The notes: generated by a model from the sequence alone, not told the origin. 60,907 nucleotides of DNA, filler included, from Dirinaria sp. TL-2023a (GCA_051941275.1; 5 parts of 5 records of this genome joined end to end with filler, not necessarily neighbours in it), one strand, 5' to 3'. Positions 1 to 13,059 are shown, counted from the whole stretch's first letter. Numbers and translations are program-made.

Positions 1-595
1 GAGTAGGAGAGGGTCTGAGAGGTCATTGGCGGGGTTGTCGAGAAGGTCCGGTCCCACGAGTAGGATTGCCTCGAGGGCGGGCAGTCGGTGGGGGAGTCGT
101 GCGCCGTCGAGGAAGGGGAGTGGATTCGATTTGAACCGGTTGCGTAAGGAGGAGGGGTTGGATGCGCTTGGTGGGTCGAGGGCGGTGAGAGGGGTCGAGG
201 GCCCGGATTTTGTGGATCCGGCCGTTTTGGAAGAGGATGCTGTGGTGGGGGAGGATGATCAGGAGGACGTGGATGAAGGGGAGATGAGGAGGGTTGTAAT
301 GGGCCGGGCGAAGGGTTGGGTGGATTGGGCGGTTGGATGGATGGATTTTAGAGGGGAGGAGGAGTGGGGGGACGGAAATGAGGATGAGGAAGAGGAAGAG
401 AGAGGGAAGAGAGATGTCGATGTTGAAGATAACAGGATACGCCGGCGAAGGAGAGAGAAGATTGAGGGAAGCGATGAGGGAGTTGAAGATGAAGTAGGGC
501 AGGCAGTAGCTGGGCCGGCGCCCGATGGGCCTCAAGGTGGTATGATGGCGGATGCGAGGTGGCTGTTCGGCGTAGCGACGAAGATCGTCATCTAA
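1..595 (+). CDS. C-terminal part of a conserved fungal hypothetical protein (possibly DUF3984-like), 5' end cut by the contig start
   Basis: Acidic low-complexity ORF with GWVDWAVGWMDFR and a terminal DARWLFGVATKIVI, resembling a conserved Pezizomycotina C-terminus; stop at 595. Confidence 0.6.
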   Translation, partial: SRRGSERSLAGLSRRSGPTSRIASRAGSRWGSRAPSRKGSGFDLNRLRKEEGLDALGGSRAVRGVEGPDFVDPAVLEEDAVVGEDDQEDVDEGEMRRVVMGRAKGWVDWAVGWMDFRGEEEWGDGNEDEEEEERGKRDVDVEDNRIRRRRREKIEGSDEGVEDEVGQAVAGPAPDGPQGGMMADARWLFGVATKIVI

Positions 596-682
596 GATGG
601 GTTGACATAAATTGAAAGTCAATCGACGACAGAGTCTTTCCGGCCCATGCTTTCCCTCGTGTGAAATTTTAGATCTTGTCTT

Positions 683-2113
683 TTATTGTATCACGCTTTT
701 ATTAACTACGAAGGCCTCCAGCACGGAAATAGCTGCCCACAGCCTGCGCTCCCAATTAGCGAAAAAAAAAGGGTATACATGAACAAGGAGAAAGTGGAGG
801 TTCGCACCTGTTCTCGGCCTCGGGAAACACCAATGATCTGGGGCTGTAGAAAACCTCGTCGCTGACTTCATCCGGATGCCGTGGCAGGCAATGCATAAAC
901 TGTCGCACAAAGTCTCAGCGTCCCTCCCTGGAAAATCCAATCCAATCCAAAACAAAATCGTCATGTGCTCAGGATAAAAAAAAAGAAAGGGGGAATCTCA
1001 AAAACCCACCTTCCAACCAGGCTTCGCGCCCCCCCTCCGCGCCAGCTCCTCGGTGATCTGATACCCATCGAAGTCGCGCACCCGCTTCGCCGTCTCCTGC
1101 TCCTGGCCCATACTCACCCAGGTATCCGTGACCAGCACGTCCGCGCCGTGGATGGCTTCCTGCGGCGCATGGGTCTGGCTGAGCGTCGCCCCGCTCTTTG
1201 CTTCCGACCCGGCCTGTTGAACCATTTCCACCATCGCACCGGGCATCTCGTATCCCTTGGGCGTGGCGACGGCCACATGCACGCCGAGCTTCGCGGCGCC
1301 GCACGCCAGGTCGTAGAGCACGTTGTTGCTGTCGCCGATCCAGGCGATTTTCAACCCTTCCAGACCCAGTCCCAGGGTTGGATGATCCGTGCCCACCATC
1401 TCTTTCGCGCGGCTGTCCCTGAAGGCTTCGTGGATGGTTAGGAAGTCGGCCACCGTCTGCAGCGGATGCGCGTCTTCCGAGAGCCCGTTGATGACCGGCA
1501 CGGTCGAGTTTTTGGCCAGCCCCGCCACGTCCGAGTGCGGGCCTACTCGGGCCACGATGGCGGATACCATCGATGAGACCACCACCGAGGTGTCGTACAG
1601 GGACTCGTTGCTGTATATCCAGGCTCGTCAACCCATGGGTCTGCAGCAGTTGGGAGGAATAGATAAGCATACACGCCTAGTTGGATTTGATCAGCACCCA
1701 GATACATGGGATGGCCGCCCATGGCAGCAATGGCTGATTCGGTCGAGACCCGCGTCCTCGTGCTTCGCTGCAAAATTAGCCACCCCTTCCCTTTCAAACC
1801 TCTCCAAAGAAGTTTTCTTGACCAGACTTTTTCTTTTTTTGATCTCTCATACCTTGCTGAATGGCATAGCTACGGTTTTGCCCGCTAATGCGCCCCGGAG
1901 CGATTCCGGCGTCTCCCCCGACTTGATGGCGATTTTGTGCCGGTAGCCATTGCGGACCAGGGTGGTCAGCTCGGAGGGACTGAGATCGCTGATGGACAGG
2001 AGATGGCGTGGGGAAAATGGAGATGTCAATGGGGTGGAAGTGGAAGAATAGCCTCTGGAAAGGAGTTTGCTAGTTGCCGGGAGGAATCGGCGATGGAAAC
2101 ATTTTGAAGGCAT
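683..2113 (-). CDS. argB: Mitochondrial ornithine carbamoyltransferase (5 exons)
   Basis: Spliced reading gives [13 protein letters not shown] (carbamoyl-phosphate motif), [38 protein letters not shown] and EAENR|LWAAI; Arg-rich presequence; four GT-AG introns. Confidence 0.97.
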
Positions 2114-2423
2114 GCTTTTTTCGAACTGAATCGTGCGATTGACGGGCGGAAATGCCGTAAAAATTTTTTTTAAATCAAGGTAGCATTTGAAGTTGAAGGT
2201 ACCAATTTTGCTCGTCCAAAGATGCGGGCGGGGAAAAGCAAAATAAGGTATCTAATTGGCAAGTTACTAGTGACTGCCGACTTGCATTAGCTTCTGCGAA
2301 CGAATAATATATTCGGGACTCTCAAGATTTGCTTGCTCAGCTTCCACTAGCGCCAGTAGCGAAGATAGGCATTACGTGGATATATATCTGCTCCTGGCAA
2401 ACCAAAATACATGAAAATATCCG

Positions 2424-2430
2424 TGACTCA
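2424..2430. promoter_or_regulatory. Putative Gcn4/CpcA element (TGACTCA) upstream of argB
   Basis: gTGACTCAt about 310 bp upstream of the argB ATG; amino-acid biosynthesis genes are typical cross-pathway control targets. Confidence 0.5.
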
Positions 2431-2482
2431 TATGCTCTTTAAGTACCCCGGCACTTCCTCCACAATGCGCTCCACTTGCTAT

Positions 2483-5226
2483 TCAACTAAACTTCAAGCC
2501 CTTCGTAGCATCCCACTGACCACCTTTCACTCCTTCTTGCCCGGTATTGCCATTGACCCCATTAGCGCTTGCTCCAAACTTGATACCCATCTCTGGATTC
2601 CACATCCCCGGCTGTAACTGCTGCGGCGGAGGCGGCGCTCTCGTCGGTGTCGGCGCGGTCAATGGCTCTCCCGCCGGTGCCTTGGTATCATACGGTGCCT
2701 TCTCTCGCTGCTTTTGCTCCTGCAGTTGCTTGGTCTGCTGCAGGTTCAACGCCCCCATTCCCGAACTCAGTTCTGCCTCCCACTGCCCAGCCTCCACCCG
2801 ACGCTCCCATGCAAACGACTTGCAATCGTCCCGGAAGCGGCCGACGATTTTCGCCAAATCGTTGTAAAATTTGCGGCCCGTGTTGAGGTTCGAGATGATC
2901 TCCTTATATTTGAAATAAGCGTTTTCGAGCCTTTGAAGTGCCTGTTCGCGCTCTTTGGTCGAGGTGTCGCCCTTTCGGGCAAGGAGGAAGTCGCGGTTGG
3001 CTTCCTGGATTTGGGATGAGAGTTCGGCTTGAGCGTTGTCTTCGTCGAGGAGCATTTGACGGTCAGAGTCGTAGCGCTCAAGGCGGGCTTCAAAGAGATT
3101 CTCAAATTGAGCGGGCTCTATCTTCTGCATTGGATAGTCGCGCTCCAGACGGGCTGCTTCGGAGAGTATTACCGTATCTGCCGACTTGCTTAGACCTAAG
3201 TGAGACGTAGGGAGGAAGAGCGCTGCTTACTGATATCGTCTCGCTTCGCCTTCTCCCTGAGGCTTTCGGCTTTTCTTGTCCGTCTACTTTCGAGGCGGCT
3301 GACGTCGCCAAGGACGGCGCGTAGTGCTGTTGCTGCTCTCTGAACGTTCGGTGGCATTTGAGCCCTTCGACTGCTTGGCACATATTCTTCCAGGTCGCGT
3401 TCTGTGCCGCAGAGGATCTGAAGTACGCTTTCGTGATCTTTGAGCTTGGTTTGGACAAGCTCGTCACTACTCCTGGCGGACTTGAGGTAGCCATCTATCT
3501 CAGTCGATTGCTTATAAAGACCCTCTGCCGCTTGTTTTGATGGGAGTCGAGTCCAACGCTCGGTCCCGTGCTTCAACCTCGCACGATCATCCTCGGTGGC
3601 TTCTGACTGCAGAATGTCGGTGCCTTCCTTGTAGACTGCCTCGTCACTGGCTTTTAATTTCGAGGTTTCATGCATTGTGCGCCGAAGACGGTGAAGTCCC
3701 TCTTGCTGGCGGATCTCTTCGGCATGAGCAACCAGTGTTGGCGGTAGACCGAGTGGCTTTTCAAGTGCTTGCAAAGAGCCTGGTAGATTCAGGGATTGCA
3801 ATAATCTAGTGAATTAGCATACCGATGCTGCATCCTGCAATGACATTCGTGTCCAAAAGAAATCTGACAGTACTCACTCTCTTAATTTATTGGTCGATTT
3901 TTCGAGCTCGTCAATAATCGATGAATTTACCAGCCTATTCTTCCTCTCCTCATAGATACTAGCGGCAATATGGACTGCGTATGGCACCAATTTGGCAAAC
4001 AGCGGTTGTCCAAATACACCATGATCGCCAAGTGTTGAAGTTGGTTCGGATACTTCCTGGGGCACTCTTGCAACAGCCATTCCTGCGCGATCAAGGGTTT
4101 TCAGTTCGGACTTGGGAGGCACTGTCATTAGATATATCACGTCGTTATCCTTCTCCGCTCTTTTTAAATCTTCCGAAACTCTTGACCGAAGGCCGTTCAG
4201 GTCACCCTGCACGATTTTGTTGATCCATCTCGATTCCTTGAGAGCTTCGTTGACACAAGTCAGGCTGTCTCGTAGTCTAGCAACCTCTTCCCCGTACTTT
4301 TGCTTCTCTAGGCACTCGCGCGAGGCACGATACTGGGCGGCTGCAGCGAAATGGTGATGCTTTGCGGTCATATGATGGATCCACTCCGTACTGATCGAAT
4401 CCGACTTCGTCCCGAATTCTGTAGCTTGGTCGTAGAGATCAGAGACTTTGGCCGCCAGTTTCGCAATCAAACCGTCCTTCATGTTATCCTTTACAGCTTT
4501 AGACCAAAAGCATTCCTGCGCCTGGGCTAGCATAAGTTGCTGCAGACTTTCCAGGGTCATTGTGTCCATGTCGTCCGGTGGCAGGGTTCGCATGTCCGGG
4601 ATGACCTCCGTTCTGATATGCCCAAGGACACCGGCTGCAAGGCAAAAATAATTGCAGGCGGATTTAAGACCTTCGCTTGTGCTTCTGTTGAGAGATATCG
4701 CTAATTGAGAATAGAGAGCGGCAAGATTGTAGAGTATGTTCGCAAGTTCGAACCTCAGATTGTCCTCAGACACTAGAGACAGTTATGGATACGCTGGGTA
4801 GAGAGGGTCGAGGTTCCGTACTTGGTCTTTGAGTGTTGAAGCCCAATGCAGGATACCAGGCAAATTCTACACCGACCTAGAACTCAAAAATCAGTACCTT
4901 TGTGCAGTAACAGTCATGTATGTACCCACATCGATTGGAAACTTCCCTCCAATGAAGACTAATTGTGCGGCGTAGGCCGTCAACTTCTTGATCCCACTGA
5001 CATGGGCTTCAAGTACGTTGACTGCGTCGACTCGGAGCTTGTCTATAGCTTCTAGGTCTCGTGCAAACATATCGGGGTGTTGGTCATATTTGTCCGAGAT
5101 GTACTGCTTGATTGCTGTGGCCATGGATATCGAGTGCGTCCGCCGAAACGGGAGGAAGAGTATGTTCCTGGGGTGTTCCATTAGTCTATACTGTGTCCTG
5201 CATTGGAGAAGACCTTACGAAGCCAT
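2483..5226 (-). CDS. palA: pH-response regulator PalA/Rim20 (BRO1 + ALIX V domain), multi-exon
   Basis: MAS|NILFLPFRRTH, NLRFELANILYNLAALYSQ, LAQAQECFWSK, AEKDNDVIYL, LNLPGSLQALEKPLGLP, GRKFYNDL and terminal WNPEMGIKFG; canonical introns. Confidence 0.95.
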
Positions 5227-5280
5227 AGCGAGCAAATCTTTGGGTGCTTTCTATGAATTCTTTCTTCCTAACGACGCGGT

Positions 5281-5325
5281 TGACTCAGAGCTCATATCAC
5301 ATGGACCGAGGGACGGCTGACGTCA
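5281..5325. promoter_or_regulatory. AP-1-type (TGACTCA, 5281-5287) and CRE-type (TGACGTCA, 5318-5325) bZIP sites upstream of palA
   Basis: Two perfect bZIP consensus sites within 100 bp of the palA ATG. Confidence 0.35.
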
Positions 5326-5948
5326 CACTCGAGACTGCATCTTCGCGACAATATCTAATCTAATCTATGATAATCTGTTCCCTCTGTACTCTACTTAACC
5401 ACAGATAGGTTCAAACCTCATGAATTTCCCTCAAATGCTTTCAAACCGGAGTCATATTGAGATTTCTCATATGCGCTTTGTAGTTTGACGTCCTCGAGTC
5501 CTTCTCTGCCCATCATCTTGTCATCGCTGTGTTAAATAGAGATGAACGCATCAAAAAGCCATTCAAGAAGGTCCCCGTCGTCAAAGAAATCCCTGTCTGC
5601 ATACACGGATACCGAAAATTTTGCAATCAGACTTCCTGCTTACCTCTGCGGAATGAAACAGTATACTGAAATCGTTCTGGGTTAAGGTAGAATTAAAGCG
5701 GGTACGAGTATCGTTTCTTCAGTTGTTTGGACCCGCTTTAAGATAAGTGAATTGTACCTCTCCGATCTAGGGATTTTAGTAGGTTGAGCAACGAGGTCTC
5801 TGGTATCAAGAAAGCCGGGAATGATGGAACATCTTTAAAGGAGGAAGGAGAAAGGAATATGTTAGGGCAAAATGTTTCTTGGTCGTTTGCAATAGCTACG
5901 AGAGATATCATCTTTGCAAGCTTGATAGACCATCAACGGCCCTCCTTT

Positions 5949-8900
5949 TCAAACCCACTTACTCATCCAAACCTCCACCATCTTCCCCAAAAGTCCGCTT
6001 TCGATCACTTTTGGCGCGTTTCTGAGCCCAGGACTCACCTTCTCTGCCTCTCCGGTTTCGAATTCGATATCCCAGCCTTTGCTATCCGGAGAGAAGTGTG
6101 AAGCGAGGAAACTGACGAGCTTGATTGCAGGGTTTTGATTCGGATCCGCTGCTTCGCTTTGCTTCCCCCCGTCTTTGGAGTAAGCCTGGGAAGAAAAGCC
6201 GCGAAGTCGGGCAATCCATGTTTCGAACGGCACGTTCTCAAATGGCGGGAGTTTCGTCTTGTGAAGTGCGGGAAGCAGGTTACGATTCCAAGAGAAAGAA
6301 TGTGGGGAGCGAATGTTATAGAAGCGCAAATCCCCCTTCGCACCGCTTGGAACACCATTACCACCGCTCCCCTCACTACTGGCTATCAAGCCCGCGATGG
6401 CCAAGACGCTATCCGCTACAGTGTCAAGTGGCAGCCAGCGCTCTGAAATCTTCATCTCTGGCAGCATTCCCATCGTGACAGCGCTTCGGATAACGAGTGG
6501 GAAGGCTTCAGAATCGTTCCACATGCCAGTCTTCGTATCGCCAATGACCTGCCCTATACGTAGGATAGCAGCGTTCAAGCCGTAGTTCTTGGCGGCAGCC
6601 TGAATGATTCGTTCACCTATCAGTTTCGAGGCCGCGTATCCTGTATCGGATGCTTGCTCCAGTGATTCGATTGGCGACTCAGGGATACGTGCGGGGCTGG
6701 GCGTTCCAAACGCAGCGGAAATAGAGCTACAGAAAAGCAATTGAGGAGAGGTTCGAAAGGGGCTAGAGAGAGAAAGCTGGATCAAGTTGTACAGTCCTTG
6801 GAGAGATGGAACGAATGAGGAAAGGCCCAATTGAAAATTAACGGGCCACGCGCAGTGTAATATATGTGTTGTTGTGGAAGCGATATGCTCATAGTCTGAA
6901 GGGCTGAGACCAAGACGTGGTTCGCTGACGTCCGACAAGAAAATTTCAAGTTTGCCAGAACTAGTGAGAGAAAGTTGCCTTTCGCCAAACAATCGCTGAA
7001 GACGTTGAAGAGGGTTCTTTCCGCGAATAAGACAATAGATCCGGGTGAGATGCGGCTGCTGCAAGAGGAGGTGGAGAACATGTGCACCCAAGCTGCCGGT
7101 AGTTCCGGTGAGTAGCTGGTAGAGTGTGAGTCTTTGTCAAAGGTGGGTTTGAAAGCTTGATACGTACAATGGTTTGGTCTGCTGGAGTCTCCTTCAGTAA
7201 TCCTGAACGCTCTTCAAATACCGAGAATTTTGAGATGAGGTCTTCCATCAGAGGTATGAATTGTTTCCTGGTCGCAATATTTTGTCCTTTGCGTATTCTT
7301 CCGAGGTGCTCGACCAGATTTGCAATATTGCCTTGCTCATAGATGGCGTTCTGGCTCAGCTTTGTTGCATTACCCCCCAGATAGATATCACGAAGAATCC
7401 GTGCTCTCATCTGAATAGCCTGTAGACTATTTAGACCCAATGCGAACAGATCATCTTGAGATCTTAATAACTGTGATCCGAGGAGTTGCTGCGCTATGTT
7501 CATAAGGTACGTTTCCAGTTCGGTACCATCCAAGTTCCTGTCCCCTTCGTGGTTTTGTTCGCCTCGAAGGTAAGCCGACTCTATTTGCGTCTCAAACTCA
7601 TTGTAGACTTGAGCACGTATGATAGTCCCTTTATCCGTGGTTGGGATAGTCTCAGTGGCTGCGAGAGGCACTATCATGTCTTTACCTATTTGTGAAAATT
7701 CTTCAGCCTCACGGTTCGCGGCCTCAACGGTAGGCCAGACAAGCTCGACCAAATCTTCATCGTTTATTCCTTCATCTTGAGCGGCTTGAGCTCTGAGCAA
7801 AAGCAGTCCGGGAATGGCTCTTCCAATACCGAATACGACAGCTTCCTTTACCAATCTATGCTGGCGTACCCGCCCTTCGATTGGTAAAGGCAGAACTTTT
7901 TCGCCATTTATCAATGTTACTCTATCATCTAGCCTCCCCAAGAACTTCCAAGCATTTTCTAGAGTCGGATGAGGTGTATAAAGATCACGTGAATGGAAAG
8001 AATTTGGTGGATCATCGGAATTTGTCATCCCGCTGTAGAGGCGTCCAGGGTGATTCTCGAGAAAGACAAATTCAAAAGTATTGGCAGAGACAGGCTTTGG
8101 CCAGATATTCTTCATGATCGGCGGAGGAGGACGGACGTAGTTCCAGGCTGTGTCGCCGGGTGGTCGATCAATCGAGGCACCGACAAATCCAGACTCTGTG
8201 CTGCAATGATGTTAGTGTCAGAAGCGGTTCGCAGCACCGACAGAGTCCGAAAGCGTGGCAAATTTCAGCAAAAAAGAAGAGAAGTCAGCTTACATCCCAA
8301 TAAAAGCTGCAAGGTTCACGCCTTCCTCAGTCAAACGATCGCCCAGATCGTCTGGACATGGACTACCGGTAAATACTATTTGGGCAATATCCTTCAAAGC
8401 GTCCACACCCTCTGTTCGTTCCGCAAGAAGCTTAAGCGTATACGGCACCAAGGCTAAAGTGCCAGGCTTTGTTGCATTTATGGCTGCTACGAGACCCTCA
8501 CAGGTCATGGGCAGATCAGGGTTCAGGAAGTAGATTGTTTTCCGCATGTACATTCTTGCAGGGCTGACTTGAAGTGGGAAGCTGTGGTATCTGTGTGACG
8601 TTAGCAAGTTCCAAATTTTAGAAACTCCCAGCCGGCGATCCTACAATGGCAACGTGTTGAGATCCAGGTCACCAGGTCCGATCGCATAGAAGTTCGTATA
8701 TCTTCCGTGACCTATCTCTACAGACGTGGGCAAGCCGGTCGAACCCGATGAGTGGGCTATTGTGGCTGGTCTTTTGGCTTCCTCTTCAGGGTCGAATGCT
8801 CTCTCGAAAGGCGGTTTCGGGTCGCCCGGTTGGTCAAATTTCTTGCGAGTAAGGATGGGGAAGCTCTGTAAAGGTATCCGAGATCTTGTCTCTTCTACGA

Positions 8901-9416
8901 TCTTGGAAAGCTGTGGTGAGTTATGGTAGATTAAACATTGGCAGTGTGTTTCCCGCATCAATTTGACGATCGCATGCGCCGACAATCGCGGAGACAACGT
9001 CAGGACTGTGTAGCCGGCAAGTGATAGACCGAAAAAGTTGATAATCCAATCAAGGCTTGTTGGACCAAGCAGCGCTATCCGGCTGTACCCTTTTTCCTAT
9101 TACCATTGTTCAAGAATCAGCGAAGTTCGATTGATGGTGCAAATTGTTTGCAATTTAGGAGGACCTGAATACGGACAATTTGCAGATTTGCAGTGCTGTA
9201 ATGCCATGCTGCACAATTGGAATATCTGTCCAATTCCACTGCTGTAAAATGCTCGTAGTCGGCCACTCCCGATTTAGGGAATGCTATCAAGGGCACCTGG
9301 ATTGGATCCGTTGCTCGGTGTCGAAAAAGTTGGTGTATGAACTGAAACTTGGAGCAGTCCACTTCAGGATTCTTGACAAGACTGTGCATTTCACGGGTGG
9401 GAGGTTTCTCTTCCAT
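5949..9416 (-). CDS. NRPS-like adenylate-forming reductase (A-T-R, carboxylic acid reductase type), multi-exon
   Basis: HSSGSTGLP P-loop, SRDLYTPHP, GRLDDRVTLINGEKV, TDKGTI; carrier LGLNSLQAI; reductase TGTTGSLG, HCAWPVNF, GYAASK, LRIGQVIGD. Alternative start at 9464. Confidence 0.92.
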
Positions 9417-9961
9417 TTTCGTGAAGATGTTGGCAATTTTTCTCGAATAGTACGCTCCTCTCAAAACCGTGAGGAAGATCAGGATTGGAGGATATTTCTT
9501 CCTCTTATTAGGTGTGCATAAAATCGTGGACCGAAGAATGTTAAGTTACAGTACGTAGTCTCGGATAAAGTACCTAAGGTAGACAACCTGATCTCCTGAT
9601 GTGCCCTGCATGATCATGACGGGCAATCATCCACCCGAAAAGGGGTTGTGGAAAAATACGGGGGCGGTTACCTTACCCTTAAGATACCTACCTTACCTTA
9701 GGTATCTCATCGGGGTCTTGCGGGTGTCTACATAGTAGCGTTGAAGAATCTGCACTTCTTCGAAAGTATACCAAAACATATTATCTAGCTACATATGACT
9801 CAGGGTTCTTACCACGGCCCCGATGTAGAAGTCCCGGACATTTTGGGACTAGCCTTTGGGTCTTCTTCCTAAATAATTTACTTATTATATAGATAATGAA
9901 CGATAGAGGTGGCTTAGGCGATGCCATTAAGCTACTTCCTGAACCATCTGCACTCTATCGC

Positions 9962-11277
9962 TCATGAAATTGGAATTTCATCCCTTTCTGATGCCCTAAA
10001 ACCAGAGTTCTGTTCGAGGTCTGTCTTCACTTTGATTCCATGATATTCTGATTGAGCAGTATCGGACAATCTCTGATCTGCTTGGGAAGGCCCCCGTTCG
10101 ATAGTCGGAGTGAACACGCCAAGGGCCATGTCATCCATTCTCTTGAATCCATGCTCAGACCGCTTGTACGAGGACAGAGCATAGCTTGACGGGCCTGGAT
10201 TAACCGTCTTGTGACCGGAAAATGCCGGCATTAGATAATGTTGAAGTCGCTTGCTAAAAAGCGATATGACCGGACCCATCAGGACAATATTGGCTGTTAC
10301 AGCTCCAATATGCGATTCTATGATATTCCAGATGGCGACATCAACACTTGACCATGTTTCGTCATTGTAATCAATCCGGATACTGTCCACTAGCTGAGCT
10401 ATGCGCGTCAGACATACACTTTGACCAAGGTCAGCACGACATTGTCTTCCCATAAGGATCTCTGCCCGCGTACAAAAGGCCGATTGTAAATACAAGCATT
10501 ATCTCGATCCTCCGCCTTCTTGTCATCTTAAGCCTCCATATAATTGGTATCGGCATTACGCAGAGGATCAACTCCGTGATCAGGAGCGTCGAAGAGAAAA
10601 GCGTGTTTGCGAGACTTCGGTTCACGCAGTGTCCCGGGACTGTGAGCGGGTCCCAGAAGTGCTCGATAGGGGTGCAAAAACGACATACAGCAATGTAAAT
10701 ACCTGCATGGTTGGCGATTATAATGCCACTAACCACCTTGATCGCTGTTCGCATTTTACTTGTCGGAAAGGTGCGCCAATAGAGCGTAAGAACCGCAAAT
10801 TTAATTAATAATGTCGTAGTATTTTGTAAGATGAAAAAGACAAACACTGTCTGACAAAATATAGTATTAGACCGGAACCATGAGTTGCAGTGGAGCTTTT
10901 CTTACAATGATATAATTCCTGATCATTGGGTATGGCAGGAATTCAATGTGTCGACCAGCACCATAATGGAGACCTAATTGCTTTCTCAGCCACTATGCCG
11001 GTTCTTTCCAATGTCAAAAGACCCACCAAGCAAATTTATTGCAGTGATAGACCAGCACCCAAGCTAAAGTCCTTAGTACAGATACTTCATAGCATTTCTG
11101 TGGAAGTTTGCAGCTGACCATCGCGAAAACCATCAAGACGTCATCCGGTCCCCACCTGACTGCCGAGAGAAATTTCCCCCATAGCCTCCCGATAAATGAA
11201 AGTAGTGATAAGGCAGTGCACACGATCGCCGTGGCAAGAAGACCATCCCCCCTGTAGTCATTATAGCTAGGTGCCAT
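9962..11277 (-). CDS. PTH11-like / fungal rhodopsin-domain integral membrane protein (no CFEM domain seen)
   Basis: Multiple hydrophobic helices, WGPDDVL, IKFAVLTLYWRTF, CTPIEHFWD..GHC, LCVMPIPIIWRLKM, WNIIESHIGAVTAN; three introns. Confidence 0.88.
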
Positions 11278-12159
11278 GCGGAAATCGTTTAGGGTAGAAA
11301 GTCGAAAAATGTTAGGAGGAGTCTCTAATACACAACGGAGAAGCTGCTTTCAAGATGCAAAACCGGCATGAATGACTGGGAATAATTCCTTCTATAAATG
11401 TGAAGATCGGCACTCTGCGCCCCATGATACGAAATCGCACCCTGATGCGGAGTTGCACAGCACGGAGCAGGATTTCTCCATATTCGAAAGTTGTGGTGGA
11501 AACTCTGGCAATGTACCTTTACGGCGGGCAAAGACGCTGGATACCAACAAGATTGATCGGCTTGATCGCTACGAGAATAAATCTAAAGGCGAAATTGGAG
11601 GCAGCCGGCTTGTACAGCGTATTTCTTTTGACATTTGGCACGAGTAGCGTTCAGTCTGAGTCAATAGCGGATGCATTGGATGATCTGTGCCGCCGACAGA
11701 CCACCTGAATGACACAGCAACTATTTAAATGCAAGCTTCATGCATGCAGGCGAGAGTGACCGACAGATAGTGATGTGAATGAGATCGAGGTGGGGTGGAC
11801 TGTGATTTCCTTTTCCTTTTCCTTTTCCCTCTGGTAACCAATTAAATAGCGTTTCTGGGAGAGACACGAGGTGAAGGATGCACCGACTATCTCCCTTCCG
11901 TGTCCGTATATCTTTAGTTAGCGCTGGGTATAATACATTATGCAATACACGTATTGCATCAGCCCCCCCAGTATTAATCAAAATTAGACAAGGGCTAGTA
12001 AGGGGATGTCGCTTTTAGAAAGCCTCGGGGCTCACGCGTCTTGTCCGATGCTAAGGCAATTCCAATGCCGTCGCAGGTAGATAAGGTAAGATTCTTGGCC
12101 TTCCTTATTCCGGACCTTTTCGCTGCTTTTCATGAGACCTAGTGCAGTTGCATAAAACG

Positions 12160-12259
12160 NNNNNNNNNNNNNNNNNNNNNNNNNNNNNNNNNNNNNNNNN
12201 NNNTTAATTAATTAANNNNNNNNNNNNNNNNNNNNNNNNNNNNNNNNNNNNNNNNNNNN
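12160..12259. other. Artificial contig spacer (N44-TTAATTAATTAA-N44)
   Basis: Identical 100-nt pattern with six-frame stop linker, repeated four times in the window. Confidence 0.98.
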
Positions 12260-13059
12260 GTTCAATGCATCTTTCTTGATCGCGCGCGCACACACACGCC
12301 TTGGATGACGGGCACGACTGGTTCATCTCCGCATCTTGTTCATAGCAGTCCGACCAATAAATAGGTCTCTGGCGAAAAAATTCTCAGTCTCGAAGTAAAA
12401 AAAAGAAATCCCCTCTCGCCATACTGGTTTTCTAACCCCAACCTTTACCCCCCTTCAATCCCTAAAAACCTCTTTCTAAATAAGGCTCTTTTTCCCTCGA
12501 ATCGATCAATAGAAAACTACAGGACTGAGCCTGGCATGAAAAGAGAAAGCTGGAAGGACGTGGGGGAGGGAAATATGGCGTTTCTACGGGATATCATTTC
12601 CCGAAAAACTTTTTTTTTAAGGAACGGAGTGTATGTAGTGCTAATGTGATATCAAAGGGGGATTGAGGACTACTGTATGGACTGAAGGGGGGGAGGGAGT
12701 ATTGGGCTTCCGTATGCGGATGTATGGTTTCGAAGGTACTAGGGGAGGGCGAAGGGGAGTGGGGTGGTGATGCATACTTTCAGTGGGTAGGAAGTGGTTT
12801 ATTGAAAAAAAGGGGCGGTGAATAATGACGTGCATTTCTTTCTATTACGATGTCTCTCTCTGTCTTAGGGGGATACTGGGTGAAGTATAGCTCTCTCTCT
12901 CTCTCTTCCCCTTTCGGCGAGTATTCTGCTCTTAAGCTTCATGTACTGGAATCCGATATTACCGTCTGGAACTCGCCCCCCCTTTCTCTCTACACCGACA
13001 CTCAATACATAAGGTACCCTAGCAAGCCTGCATTGCATGCACAGGGATAAGCTCCTCTA

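Noticed and set aside
5400..5900. Intron-like signals and a short acidic reading on the minus strand
   Set aside because: Interrupted by stops with no recognisable family
11372..11708. Overlapping 91- and 102-aa ORFs
   Set aside because: No motifs; lie in the promoter region of the PTH11-like gene
12204..12215. TTAATTAATTAA palindrome recurring every about 12.2 kb as a biological repeat
   Set aside because: Embedded in fixed N44 runs; it is a six-frame-stop assembly linker
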